This document shows, piece by piece, positions 39,041-52,600 of a DNA stretch of 64,000 bases. A model generated the notes under the pieces. The model worked only from the letters and a program-made list of their open reading frames with translations. It did not search any database and had not been told where the DNA came from. Location of the stretch: NCBI GenBank assembly GCA_045631905.1, contig JAZQVO010000038.1, positions 1,440 through 65,439 of the forward strand, given 5' to 3'. This DNA comes from Bacteroidaceae bacterium. GTDB lineage: Bacteria > Bacteroidota > Bacteroidia > Bacteroidales > Bacteroidaceae. How positions within the stretch are numbered: the stretch's first letter is position 1; every line of letters starts with the position of its first letter. Made by a program: the position numbers and the translations under genes.

Positions 39041-39700
39041 TTATGTCGAAAGCACAATAGCCCTCACAGAATCGAAATTTCTATTAGCAAGGTCCTCGGG
39101 AGCAATAAGGAAGTCGAGAACGCCAAAATCCATAAAGTTCAAATTAAAATCCATACCGCTGAAAGAATCTATTTGAAGCAAAATCTGCCACTCCTCAAAC
39201 GGCGGGTCCCATGTCTCCCACTCCCTATGAGTAGGCTCCGCAAAAAGAGCGTGGTCCTCGTGATAAATATCGGGAGCAGTCCGTTCGAACTTTATTTCAA
39301 ACTCCGAGGGATTAAGCTCGCACTCATCATCGTCAATAAGAACAGCCTCCTTAAAATCGTCGGTAACCTCCGGAAAATAGAGAACTTTCACATCTTCGGG
39401 CTCGCTTATATAACCCGATATACCGACACCATCATCGAAGCGACCAAGATAATGGTCAATCTTTGCAAAAAACGACAACAACCCCTTGTGAGGCAATTTA
39501 TTCTCCACATCGAGCTCAGCTATATCACTTAGGTTTATTTGGCATATAAACTGATACTCCCACTCCTCGCCATCTTCACCAATATAAGTAGGATAGACAA
39601 CGGGAGAAGGAAGGTCGGGGTTACCCCAAAAACGGCTACCACCCTTTTTAATCTTCTCAAAAGGCTTGCAAAGTGTAAGTCTTATAGGTTCCATAATCAT
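39041..39700 (-). CDS. DUF1963 (YwqG-like) domain protein
   Basis: 219 aa. It has SRFWGNPDLP near the N-terminus and a DFGVLDFLI block near the C-terminus, typical of DUF1963, and no signal peptide. Confidence 0.6.
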   Translation of the reverse strand: MIMEPIRLTLCKPFEKIKKGGSRFWGNPDLPSPVVYPTYIGEDGEEWEYQFICQINLSDIAELDVENKLPHKGLLSFFAKIDHYLGRFDDGVGISGYISEPEDVKVLYFPEVTDDFKEAVLIDDDECELNPSEFEIKFERTAPDIYHEDHALFAEPTHREWETWDPPFEEWQILLQIDSFSGMDFNLNFMDFGVLDFLIAPEDLANRNFDSVRAIVLST

Positions 39701-39706
39701 TAAAAT

Positions 39707-41323
39707 TTAAGCCCAAGGGTCGTTGCGCCCATCATCATCGGGGAAAGTATCACTTGTGAGCAGGTTCCCTGTAAATTCATTTATTGCATCAAACACAGCC
39801 TCAGCGTCCTCGAATGTATCGAACGAGTGGGTGTTATACTTCTTATCCTCCAAAGCAACCACCACCGCGCCCCTTATTTCGTAAGCATGACCATAGAGCA
39901 TTGTGGCAACAGGGTTGTCGGGCAGGTCTTCGAGCATCGCGTTTTTGTTTACATACATCACAACCTTTTTCTTTAACCCACACTCCTCTTTTATTCTGTT
40001 CAGCGGATCAGAAAAGTGCACAGCATCGCACCCCTCGGCATCTATGAGCTCAATAAGTTTCATGTACGAGAGGCTACGGGTTTCGGTTTCAATAAAATCG
40101 GTGAAACCCGATGGCTGTATAACCATCACCGTGGGGTTTACAGCAACAGTATCATCATCTTCTTCTTCATCTTCCTCCTTTTCGGGGTAGCAATAAAGCT
40201 CTCTCCAATAATTCAATTCATCGGCATAACCCATCTTTTTCAGCTCCTTGCTGAATTCAAGTACATGGCTGCTTAATACATTCCAAGCTTCGTAGAAAGG
40301 AGCATGGCGCACAGCCCTCAATCGTGTGAGCAACACCTCCTCTTCGGTCATATTCATCTCAGGAGACACGGCATTCCCTTTGCCATGAAAGAAGAATATA
40401 TCAAGAGCAAAGTCGTAACAAGACGAAAGCCCCATATCCATACCTATGCGTGCATACCTCAACGCCTCGATATTATCCTCTTTAAAGCCCATAATACCCT
40501 TGTAGAGGCATCTTGTGAGATAATAGGTACAAATTTTGCTTCCAAGTTCTACACCACGACGCAAATTCACGTCCAGACGTTTGTGAATTTCGTCACGGGT
40601 TTTATCATCGTAAGCGTCCCAATCATCTTCACACTCAAACCCAAGAGCAAAGCAGTCAGGAACCTCCTTCTCGATACCCTCCTCCATCAAAGATTCATAA
40701 TAAGCAATATTACCACGCTGATAATAATTGCAGGCAAGGTCAAAGATAGAATATTTCAACCCCCTATCAACACACTCCTCATATGTGGCAATAGCATCGT
40801 TCAATCTCCCTCTATTCTCGTAGAACCAAGCCAACTGCTCCAACCAAAGCACCGAAGCACCCGGTTTTTGGGACATCTCCTTTGTCTGCTTTATGAGGTA
40901 GCTGACATCTTTTTTCAAACGCGCTCGGTAATAGAAACGCTCGATTATGCTTTGCATCTTGGCAAGCTCACTACCCAGCAACTTGGCTTTTCTCAAAAGT
41001 TTATCGTACAATTTGCGGTCCAACCGCGTTATCCCCTCATCGTCTATGTAATCGCCTAGATAATATAACCTCGACAACATATATAAAGCATCGGCTATGC
41101 CGTTTTTCGCAGCAAACTCATAGCAATCACGCACTATGCGTAAATTTTCCTTGTTATGCGCACCTGTCACATACAACCAGCAACCATACAAATACTTGCT
41201 GTAAGCATCTTCGCCGGCACGAAGCTTTTCCACTATCTGTGGCGAGAGGAAGAAAAAATCCCTCTTATCGTAAAATTTCTCCAAAATCTCTTTTCCTGGA
41301 ATTATTTCAAAATCGGCAATCAT
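39707..41323 (-). CDS. Sel1-like repeat protein with a C-terminal DUF3846-like domain
   Basis: 538 aa. There are Sel1-type repeats (AAKNGIADALYMLSRLYYLGDY...), an acidic linker (EEDEEEDDD) and a C-terminal MVIQPSGFTDFIE...VMYVNKNAMLEDLPDNP block. Confidence 0.45.
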   Translation of the reverse strand: MIADFEIIPGKEILEKFYDKRDFFFLSPQIVEKLRAGEDAYSKYLYGCWLYVTGAHNKENLRIVRDCYEFAAKNGIADALYMLSRLYYLGDYIDDEGITRLDRKLYDKLLRKAKLLGSELAKMQSIIERFYYRARLKKDVSYLIKQTKEMSQKPGASVLWLEQLAWFYENRGRLNDAIATYEECVDRGLKYSIFDLACNYYQRGNIAYYESLMEEGIEKEVPDCFALGFECEDDWDAYDDKTRDEIHKRLDVNLRRGVELGSKICTYYLTRCLYKGIMGFKEDNIEALRYARIGMDMGLSSCYDFALDIFFFHGKGNAVSPEMNMTEEEVLLTRLRAVRHAPFYEAWNVLSSHVLEFSKELKKMGYADELNYWRELYCYPEKEEDEEEDDDTVAVNPTVMVIQPSGFTDFIETETRSLSYMKLIELIDAEGCDAVHFSDPLNRIKEECGLKKKVVMYVNKNAMLEDLPDNPVATMLYGHAYEIRGAVVVALEDKKYNTHSFDTFEDAEAVFDAINEFTGNLLTSDTFPDDDGRNDPWA

Positions 41324-41350
41324 GGTTTTTATAAATCATCAGGGTTAATA

Positions 41351-41917
41351 CTAATCAAACAACACTCTTGGGTTCATTTGAGCAGGAGATTTCCAATCAA
41401 CCCCCTCCTCGCGAAGCACCTCGGCAAACGTGTACCAGTACCCGTAGCAGAAGCCCATACCACGCGGAGCATCGCCAAGCCTCTTTTCACACTCCTCTTC
41501 CCACCTGCAAATATTCTCCTCCCACATAGGAGTTCGACGAATAGGGTCAAAGTTCAAGCTCTTGTGATACTTGCTCATATACTCCTCATTTGAGACATTT
41601 TCATAGTCGATATAATCTTCGAGTTGCCCTATGTGAGCCTTCACATGGCTCAACGACAACTCCTCCGACCTCTCCGAAGATGCCTCGAGCCACCCCAACT
41701 GCTTGCAAACCAGTCCAAGAGTATACCTTGGCACATCTTGTTCGGGTAGAAAAGAAAGTATCGTTTCGCACACCAACGCCTTGTCCAACGCCGATACATC
41801 TTCGAGGCTTTCCAATATCTCAAAACATTTACGTGAGAGCTCGACATTCTTCCACAGATTCAGGTTTTCACCGTTTGCTCTCATCTCTTCGACCATAGCA
41901 ATAATTCTCTCAGCCAT
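41351..41917 (-). CDS. Hypothetical cytoplasmic protein
   Basis: 188-aa ORF with host-like codon usage, tightly spaced with its neighbours. I do not recognise the family. Confidence 0.4.
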   Translation of the reverse strand: MAERIIAMVEEMRANGENLNLWKNVELSRKCFEILESLEDVSALDKALVCETILSFLPEQDVPRYTLGLVCKQLGWLEASSERSEELSLSHVKAHIGQLEDYIDYENVSNEEYMSKYHKSLNFDPIRRTPMWEENICRWEEECEKRLGDAPRGMGFCYGYWYTFAEVLREEGVDWKSPAQMNPRVLFD

Positions 41918-41921
41918 ATCG

Positions 41922-42320
41922 TTAAACAGTTTTTTTCATGGTAATCTTGCACATCTCATTCTCTTTATCATCTACGGGGAGGTCGTTTTCCCACATACCA
42001 TCGTAAACCAAATCCCAGAAACGGCAAAAAGGCTCCCACGAGTCGGGTGCATGCTTAGGCCCCACAAGCCTGCCCTTGTTGTCATACTCCCCCATTCTGT
42101 ACCACGCCGACTCATCTATGGGGTTTTTATGATTATAGTACGGAGCATACCAATAAAACTCGCCTTTGCCATGACGTACGCCATGAATAAACATACCTGT
42201 ATACTTGTACACAGGACGCTTTTCGCTATAATAAATTTTTGTACCCTCGCCATGTGGCATATTATTCTCGTCGTTGTTCCCGGTAAAAATATAATACCTT
42301 GCCTCTTCCGGTTTTTCCAT
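41922..42320 (-). CDS. MORN-repeat-like small protein
   Basis: 132 aa. YTGMFIHGVRHGKGEFYW fits the MORN pattern Y.G.....G..HG.G. Confidence 0.4.
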   Translation of the reverse strand: MEKPEEARYYIFTGNNDENNMPHGEGTKIYYSEKRPVYKYTGMFIHGVRHGKGEFYWYAPYYNHKNPIDESAWYRMGEYDNKGRLVGPKHAPDSWEPFCRFWDLVYDGMWENDLPVDDKENEMCKITMKKTV

Positions 42321-42608
42321 AGCTGTGTTAATTTAGTAAATATTATACGAAATATGCTATCTCGTTGATGCAAAAATAACTAATGAAATTATAAATACAA
42401 GGAATCCATGCTTTTTTTTTGAAAACACCAAGTTTCTTGTAAAAATAAGTTCGACACACCATGTAAACAGCCCTCATTAACATATTTTCAACCTTTACCG
42501 GCCTGTTATAATCTAAATTATTCGTATTTTTGATGAAAAATCGAATATACCCTGCACTCCCGGTGAAAAACATCGAAGTAAACTTCATGTTTTTCGCTCG
42601 TTTGTTTG

Positions 42609-42616
42609 TATATTTG
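42609..42616 (+). promoter_or_regulatory. Candidate -7 promoter box TATATTTG for secA
   Basis: Matches TAnnTTTG followed by cc, about 93 nt upstream of the secA ATG. Confidence 0.35.
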
Positions 42617-42708
42617 CCATTTAAAAGGCAAATGCCGTAAAAAACGGTAAAAACAAGCCTCTTTATAGGCATTATAACATTAAAAAAGATAAAAAATAAA
42701 AACAAAAT

Positions 42709-46020
<3,312 letters not shown>

Positions 46021-46031
46021 AACCAACGAAT

Positions 46032-46466
46032 ATGCCACTAAGTACACAAGCACAAGAGAACCTCAAAAAAGCCATCGGCGAGATGGCAAGGAGTTTTGTA
46101 ACTGCCGAAGAGACATTGATAACCGACTTTCACATCAATGTAAACGGCGACACCGGCCAGCTCACCATCTTCAACGACGATGAAAAAGAGCTCGCGCGCG
46201 TACATATTAAAGAATGGGAAAACACCCACAACGAACAACTCTTCGAAAAGGAGCTCCGTAGCGTACTTGGCAAAATGCAGAAAGAGGGAATATTCGACAG
46301 TATAAACATAGTAAAACCCTACTCCTTTGTACTTGTTGACGACGACAAAGAGGCAATAGTAGACCTCCTCTTCATCGACGACGACACACTCATTCTCAGC
46401 GAAGACCTGCTAAAAGGCTTTGACGAAGAGATGGACAACTTTTTAAAACATCTTCTCGAAGATTGA
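46032..46466 (+). CDS. Small acidic hypothetical protein downstream of secA
   Basis: 144-aa ORF starting 11 nt after secA, with host-like codon usage and no recognisable motif. Confidence 0.45.
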   Translation: MPLSTQAQENLKKAIGEMARSFVTAEETLITDFHINVNGDTGQLTIFNDDEKELARVHIKEWENTHNEQLFEKELRSVLGKMQKEGIFDSINIVKPYSFVLVDDDKEAIVDLLFIDDDTLILSEDLLKGFDEEMDNFLKHLLED

Positions 46467-46489
46467 TAATAAAACAAAACACCACGATT

Positions 46490-46519
46490 ATGGCATGTTT
46501 CCACCACGAAACATGCCAT
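46490..46519 (+). terminator. Hairpin terminator after the secA operon
   Basis: atggcatgtttc / gaaacatgccat forms a 12-bp stem with a 6-nt loop, followed by aaatcttttt. Confidence 0.7.
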
Positions 46520-46576
46520 AAATCTTTTTCAACCATTAAAAAGTCATAATATTTCACTTAAAACCCCATTTTATGC

Positions 46577-46604
46577 GAAAACTTTTTTGCCATAAAAAGT
46601 TTTC
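46577..46604. promoter_or_regulatory. Palindromic candidate operator for the adjacent TetR regulator
   Basis: gaaaacttttt-N6-aaaaagttttc is a perfect 11-nt inverted repeat ending 5 nt before a TAAATTTG -7 box. Confidence 0.45.
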
Positions 46605-46608
46605 TGCG

Positions 46609-46616
46609 TAAATTTG
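46609..46616 (+). promoter_or_regulatory. Candidate -7 promoter box TAAATTTG for the TetR-efflux operon
   Basis: Matches TAnnTTTG followed by ca, 27 nt upstream of the TetR ATG. Confidence 0.45.
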
Positions 46617-46642
46617 CATCGGAAAAGAATAGAAAACGATTA

Positions 46643-47287
46643 ATGAAAAATACAAGAGAGGAACATAGTCGCAACGACATAAGGCAAAAGATAATAGAAA
46701 CAGCACTCTCATTGTTCTTTGAACGCGGAATAAAAGATGTAAAGATGGACGATATAGCATCACTTGCATCGGTTTCCAAAAGAACCATATACGAGCTCTT
46801 CGCCGACAAAGAGATACTCATAATAGAGACACTCGAACACCATCAAAAAAAGATGCACGACGAAGGAAAAAAGATAATAAAAGAGAGCAACGACATTCTC
46901 GATGTCATTCTAAACCTATACAACCACTATTTCAGTCACCTGAAAAGCGTAAACAAAAATTTCTTTACCGACCTCGACCGTTACCCCAACGCCCGTAACG
47001 GCATAAGGAAAAACGACAAGAAAAACGGCAAGCACTTTATAGCATGGATGGAAGAGGGCCGTAAGCAAGGCCTCTTCCGCGAAGATGCCGACTTCAAGAT
47101 TCTTGCATTTGTATTAAAGCGCGACATGGAGCTCATCATGACAATCAACCGCAATACAAACGAAGGAGAACTTGCCGACTACACCCCCGACCAGCTGGGA
47201 CACCGCCTCATACTTGTATACCTCCGAGGCATAGCCACAGCCAAAGGACAAGAAAAGATTGAACAATTCATACAGAAAAACAAATAA
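46643..47287 (+). CDS. TetR/AcrR-family transcriptional regulator
   Basis: 214 aa. The N-terminal HTH is IIETALSLFFERGIKDVKMDDIASLASVSKRTIYELF. Confidence 0.85.
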   Translation: MKNTREEHSRNDIRQKIIETALSLFFERGIKDVKMDDIASLASVSKRTIYELFADKEILIIETLEHHQKKMHDEGKKIIKESNDILDVILNLYNHYFSHLKSVNKNFFTDLDRYPNARNGIRKNDKKNGKHFIAWMEEGRKQGLFREDADFKILAFVLKRDMELIMTINRNTNEGELADYTPDQLGHRLILVYLRGIATAKGQEKIEQFIQKNK

Positions 47288-47299
47288 AGAGATAGAACC

Positions 47300-48619
47300 A
47301 TGAATTTAAGATTGCGATTAACAACAATGATTGCCCTGTTTGCAACAATCACATTTGCAAACGCACAAGAGGCAACACCAACAATGAACCTAACCCTCGA
47401 CAAGACAATAGAACTTGCACTTAGCGAGAACCCCACCATCAAAGTTGCCGAGCAAGAGATTCAGTTAAAAAAAGTCTCACAAGACGAAGCATGGATGAGC
47501 ATGCTCCCAACAGCAACACTTAACGGTAGCATGAACTACACCATCAAAGCAGCCGAGATGAACTTTGGCGGACAAGTATTCAAGATGGGTAAAGACGAAA
47601 CAAGCACCTGGAACGGAGCACTGCAAATATCACTCCCCGTGTTTGCACCTGCCATATACAAAAGCATGAGCCTCACAAAAGCCGATGTAGAACTTGCAGT
47701 AGAGAAGAGCCGTGGCTCAAAGCTCGACCTGGTAAACCAGGTAACAAAAGCCTACTACCAACTACTGCTTGCACAAGACTCATACAAGGTACTGCAAGAA
47801 AACTACAAACTCGCCGAAGAGAACTTCAACATAGTAAATGCAAAATACGAAGTAGGGCAAGTAAGCGAGTACGACAAAATCAGTGCCGAGGTACAGAAGA
47901 ACAACGCATGGCCCTCGGTAATAAGCGGTCGCAACGCAGTAGAGATAGCCAAATTACAGCTCAAAGTTCTCATGGGGATAACAGCCGATGTAAACATCGT
48001 ACTCGACGACAACCTCAAAAACTATGAGCAATCGATGAACTCAACAGCCACCAACGGCCCCATCGACCTCAGCAACAACTCAACCATGAAGCAGATAGAC
48101 CTGCAAGGCGAGCTCTTGAAGAAACAACGCAGTATGCTCAAAACCAACTTCATGCCCACACTTGCCCTTTCAGGAACACTGCAATATCAATCTCAATACA
48201 ACGACAACTGGAAAGTGATGGACTACAAATGGAGCAACAGCTCATCGATAGCCCTATCACTCACCATACCCCTGTTCCAAGCAAGCAACTTCACCAAGAT
48301 GAAGAGCAACAAAATACAACAGTGGCAGTTGAGCGAAACACGAGCCAACACAGAGCGCATGCTCGGTATGCAGGCACAGAGCTACATCGACAACATGACC
48401 AAGAGCGCCGAACAGCTCGAAAGCAACAAAACAGCAGTAGAGCTCGCCCAAAAGGGATTAGAGATAAGCCAGAAACGTTACGAGGTGGGCAAAGGCACCA
48501 TATTAGAGCTCACCAACTCACAAGTATCGCTCACCAACATACAGTTGAGCTACAACAACACCATATACGACTACCTCATAGCACAGTCGGAGTTGAAAAC
48601 AGTATTAGGCAAAGAATAA
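47300..48619 (+). CDS. TolC-family outer-membrane efflux protein
   Basis: 439 aa. It has a signal peptide, the two-repeat OEP architecture (LTLDKTIELALSENPTIK...; ...YDYLIAQSELKTVLG) and sits in an operon with MFP and RND genes. Confidence 0.85.
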   Translation: MNLRLRLTTMIALFATITFANAQEATPTMNLTLDKTIELALSENPTIKVAEQEIQLKKVSQDEAWMSMLPTATLNGSMNYTIKAAEMNFGGQVFKMGKDETSTWNGALQISLPVFAPAIYKSMSLTKADVELAVEKSRGSKLDLVNQVTKAYYQLLLAQDSYKVLQENYKLAEENFNIVNAKYEVGQVSEYDKISAEVQKNNAWPSVISGRNAVEIAKLQLKVLMGITADVNIVLDDNLKNYEQSMNSTATNGPIDLSNNSTMKQIDLQGELLKKQRSMLKTNFMPTLALSGTLQYQSQYNDNWKVMDYKWSNSSSIALSLTIPLFQASNFTKMKSNKIQQWQLSETRANTERMLGMQAQSYIDNMTKSAEQLESNKTAVELAQKGLEISQKRYEVGKGTILELTNSQVSLTNIQLSYNNTIYDYLIAQSELKTVLGKE

Positions 48620-48638
48620 TAAAAACATATAAACGATT

Positions 48639-49649
48639 ATGAAAAGGAATCTGACATTTATCGCATTGGCCGCAACAGTGCTATTCAGCGCATGTAGCAG
48701 TTCAGAAAAAACAGAAACAGTTCAGCAGGAAGAAAAACACAAAGTAAAAATTGCTTTTGTAACAGCCCAGGACGTAGCACAAATCGAAGAGTTCACCACC
48801 ACAGTCGAAGCCGAGGTAAAGAACAACATCATTCCCAGCTCTCCCCTCCGCATAAAAAACATACTTGTAGAGGTAGGTGACAACGTGCGCAAAGGCCAAA
48901 AGCTTGTTGAGCTCGACGCCAGCAACCTCGACCAGTTGAAATTACAGGTAGAAAACCAAGAGATAGAGTTCAAACGCATAGAAGCACTATACAAAGTAGG
49001 CGGTGCATCAACAGCCGAGTACGACAACGCAAAAACACAACTCGAAGTAAACAAACGCGCCCTCGCCAACAAATTGGAGAACACAATACTTGTGAGCCCC
49101 ATCGACGGTGTAGTTTCGGCACGCAACTACGACAACGGCGACATGTACGGCGCACAACCCATCTTGGTGGTAGAGCAAATATCTCCCGTCAAAATGAAGA
49201 TTAACGTAAGCGAGAGCCGTTACTCACAAACCAACAAGAGCCTCCCTGTAACAGCCACCTTCGACACATACGCCGAAGAAGAGTTCAAAGGCAAGATAGA
49301 CATAATATACCCCACCATCAACGCCTCAACCCACACATTCCCCGTTGAGATAAAGATAGCCAACAACGACCGCAAGGTACGTCCCGGCATGTTCGGCCAT
49401 GTAACCGTAAACTTCGGAACCAAGAGCCACGTTGTAGTGCCCGACAAGGCAGTCATCAAACAAGCAGGTGCCGGCGACTTCTACGTATACACATACGAGA
49501 ACGGCAAGGTAACATACAACAAAGTAGAGGTAGGCCGTCGCATGGGCGACAAGTACGAGCTCATCTCAGGTATCCCCTCGGGGAGCAAAGTTGTTATCGC
49601 CGGCCACACCGGTTTGAACAACGGCAAAGAGGTAGAAGTAATAGAATAA
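48639..49649 (+). CDS. Efflux RND periplasmic adaptor (membrane fusion protein)
   Basis: 336 aa. It has the lipobox LFSAC, a lipoyl/hairpin region (GDNVRKGQKLVELD...) and lies adjacent to the RND pump gene. Confidence 0.85.
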   Translation: MKRNLTFIALAATVLFSACSSSEKTETVQQEEKHKVKIAFVTAQDVAQIEEFTTTVEAEVKNNIIPSSPLRIKNILVEVGDNVRKGQKLVELDASNLDQLKLQVENQEIEFKRIEALYKVGGASTAEYDNAKTQLEVNKRALANKLENTILVSPIDGVVSARNYDNGDMYGAQPILVVEQISPVKMKINVSESRYSQTNKSLPVTATFDTYAEEEFKGKIDIIYPTINASTHTFPVEIKIANNDRKVRPGMFGHVTVNFGTKSHVVVPDKAVIKQAGAGDFYVYTYENGKVTYNKVEVGRRMGDKYELISGIPSGSKVVIAGHTGLNNGKEVEVIE

Positions 49650-49673
49650 TAAACACAAAAAACAAGAACAGAC

Positions 49674-52600
49674 ATGAGTATATATGAAAGCGCGGTGAAA
49701 AAGCCGATTATGACATCGCTATGCTTCATAGCAATAGCCCTGTTCGGTCTTTATTCACTATCGAAGCTCGCAATCGACCTATACCCCGATATCGAGACCA
49801 ACACCATCATGGTATTCACCTACTACAATGGTGCAAGTGCCTCCGACATCGAGAACAACGTAACACGCCCCTTGGAGAACACACTAAACTCCGTGGAGCA
49901 CCTCAAGCACATCACATCAGACTCGCGTGAGAACGTGTCGGTTATAACCCTCGAATTTGAGTTCGGATACGACATCGACGACCTCACCAACGACGTGCGC
50001 GACAAGCTCGACATGGTATCATCGTCACTCCCCGACGATGCCAACAACCCCATCATCTTTAAGTTCTCTACCGACATGATTCCCATCATCGTAATGTCGG
50101 TAAAGGCCAACGAGAGCCAGGCAGCCCTATACAAGATACTCGACGACAACGTAGCCAACCCCTTGGCACGTGTCGATGGAGTGGGCTCAGTATCAATCTC
50201 CGGAGCTCCCGAGCGCGAGATAAACATCTATATGGACCCCGCAAAGATGGAAGCCTACAACATACCCATCGAAACAGTAAGCTCCATCATCGCAGCCGAG
50301 AACCGCAATATCCCCGGTGGTAACTTCGACCTTGGAAGCAACACCTACTCATTGCGTGTCGAAGGCGAGTTCAAAGCACCCACAGAGATGCTCAACCTCG
50401 TAGTAGGCAGCCACAACGGCGCAAACGTCTACCTCAAAGACATCGCCCGCATAGTCGACAACGTGCAGGAGCGTTCACAGCGCACCTTCATCGAAGGCCA
50501 GCAGGGAGCCATGATTATTGTTCAAAAACAGAGCGGAGGAAACTCGGTAGCCATCTCAAAAGCAGTAAAAGAAGAGTTGCCCAAGTTACAAAAACGCCTC
50601 CCCTCCGATGTAGAGCTCGAAATAATGATCGACACATCGGACAACATTCTCAACACCATCGGAACGCTGTCAAGCACCATACGCGACGCCATGATCTTTG
50701 TGGTACTCGTGGTGTTCATCTTCCTCGGTCGTTGGAGAGCAACAGTTATCATCGCCATAACCATACCCTTCTCACTCATCGCATCGTTCATCTACCTGTT
50801 TGCCACAGGCGGTTCAATAAACATCATCTCGCTATCATGTTTAAGTATCGCCATCGGTTCAGTGGTCGATGACGCCATAGTGGTGCTCGAGAACGTAACC
50901 ACACACATCGAGCGCGGTTCCGACCCCAACAACGCCGCCGTACACGGAACAAACGAGGTAGCCGTTTCCGTAATCGCATCAACCCTCACCATGTGGGCCG
51001 TATTCTTCCCCTTGACCATGGTAACAGGTATGTCGGGTGTGCTCTTCAAACAGCTTGGTTGGATGATGTGTATCATCATGCTCATCTCAACAGCAGCAGC
51101 CCTCAGCCTGACACCTATGATGTGTGCCAAAATGCTTAAACTGCAAAAGAAACAGAGCCGTTTCTTCATCATGTTCTACAAACCCATACAGAAGGTACTC
51201 GACCAAATCGATATCAAATATGCATCAATAGTAAACTGGGCCATGCGTCACCGCGCAACCACCCTCCTATGCTGTTTCGGTTTGTTCTTGGCAAGTTTGC
51301 TCTGTTTCAAAGGCATAAAGAGCGAGTTCTTCCCGGCCAACGACAACGGTCGTGTGGGAGTAACCTTGGAGATGCCCATCGGCACACGCATAGAACACTC
51401 ACAGGAGATAGGCTTACGCCTCACCAAGCTATGGATGGACCGCTACGGCGACGACCTGCAAGCATGCGGTTTCACCACAGGACAAGCCGACGAGAACAAC
51501 ACCTTTGCATCGCTCAGCGACAACGGTACCCACATTATATCGTTCAACATAATGTTTGTACCCTCGAACAAGCGCGAGAAAGGGCTCGATATCCTTTGCG
51601 ACGAGCTGCGTGCCGACCTTAAAATGTTCCCCGAAATAGCCAAGAGCAACGTAATGCTCGGTGGAAGCCAAGGAGGAGGCATGGGCGGACAGTCAAAAGC
51701 ATCGTTCGAGATATACGGATACGACATGGACGCAACCGACATACTATCAAAACAGCTAGCCGACTCACTGCGTGCATGGAACAAGGTAACACAGGTAAAC
51801 ATAAGCCGAAGCGACTACCAGCCCCAGTACATTGTAGACTTCGACCGCGAGAAACTAGCCATGCACGGCCTCAACCTCTCGACAGCGGCCACCTACATGC
51901 GTAACCGCTACAACGGAGCCCTTGCCACATACTACCGCGAGGACGGTGACGAGTACGATGTAAAAGTGCGCTACGAGCCCACAGCCCGTCAGAGCATCGA
52001 AGACATAGAGAACATCATAATCTACGGTAGCAACGGCCAACCCGTACGCATAAAAGAGCTTGGTAAGGTAGTACTCAACGAGATGCCCCCCACCATCGAG
52101 CGCAAAGACCGTGAGCGCATAGTAACCGTAGACGCCGTACTTGCAGCAGGTACAGCCCTTAGCGACGGAGTAAACTACGGCCAAGCAATCATCGATAAGA
52201 TGGACATACCCTCGGGAGTAGCAATACAGGTAGCAGGTTCATACGAGGACCAACAAGACTCGAACCGCGACCTCGGACAGCTCGGTATCATCATCATAGT
52301 CCTTGTGTTCATCGTGATGGCATCGCAGTTCGAATCGCTCACCTACCCCTTCATTCTCATCATATCGGTGCTTTTCGCATTGAGCGGTGTACTATTAGGC
52401 CTCTTCGTAACCGGCACCACCCTTAACGTGATGTCTATGCTCGGAGGAATCATGCTCATCGGTATGGTTGTGAAAAACGGTATTGTGCTCATCGACTACA
52501 CCATGCTGTTGCGCGAGAGAGGCTTAGGCGTTATACAAGCCTGTGTAGGAGCAGGTAAGAGCCGTATGCGCCCCGTGCTCATGACCACCCTCACCACCAT

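Noticed and set aside
42343-42705. A 120-aa minus-strand ORF in the secA upstream region.
   Set aside because: It is an AT-rich intergenic sequence with a Phe/Ile/Asn/Lys-rich translation and no coding-like periodicity. It overlaps the likely secA promoter and leader.
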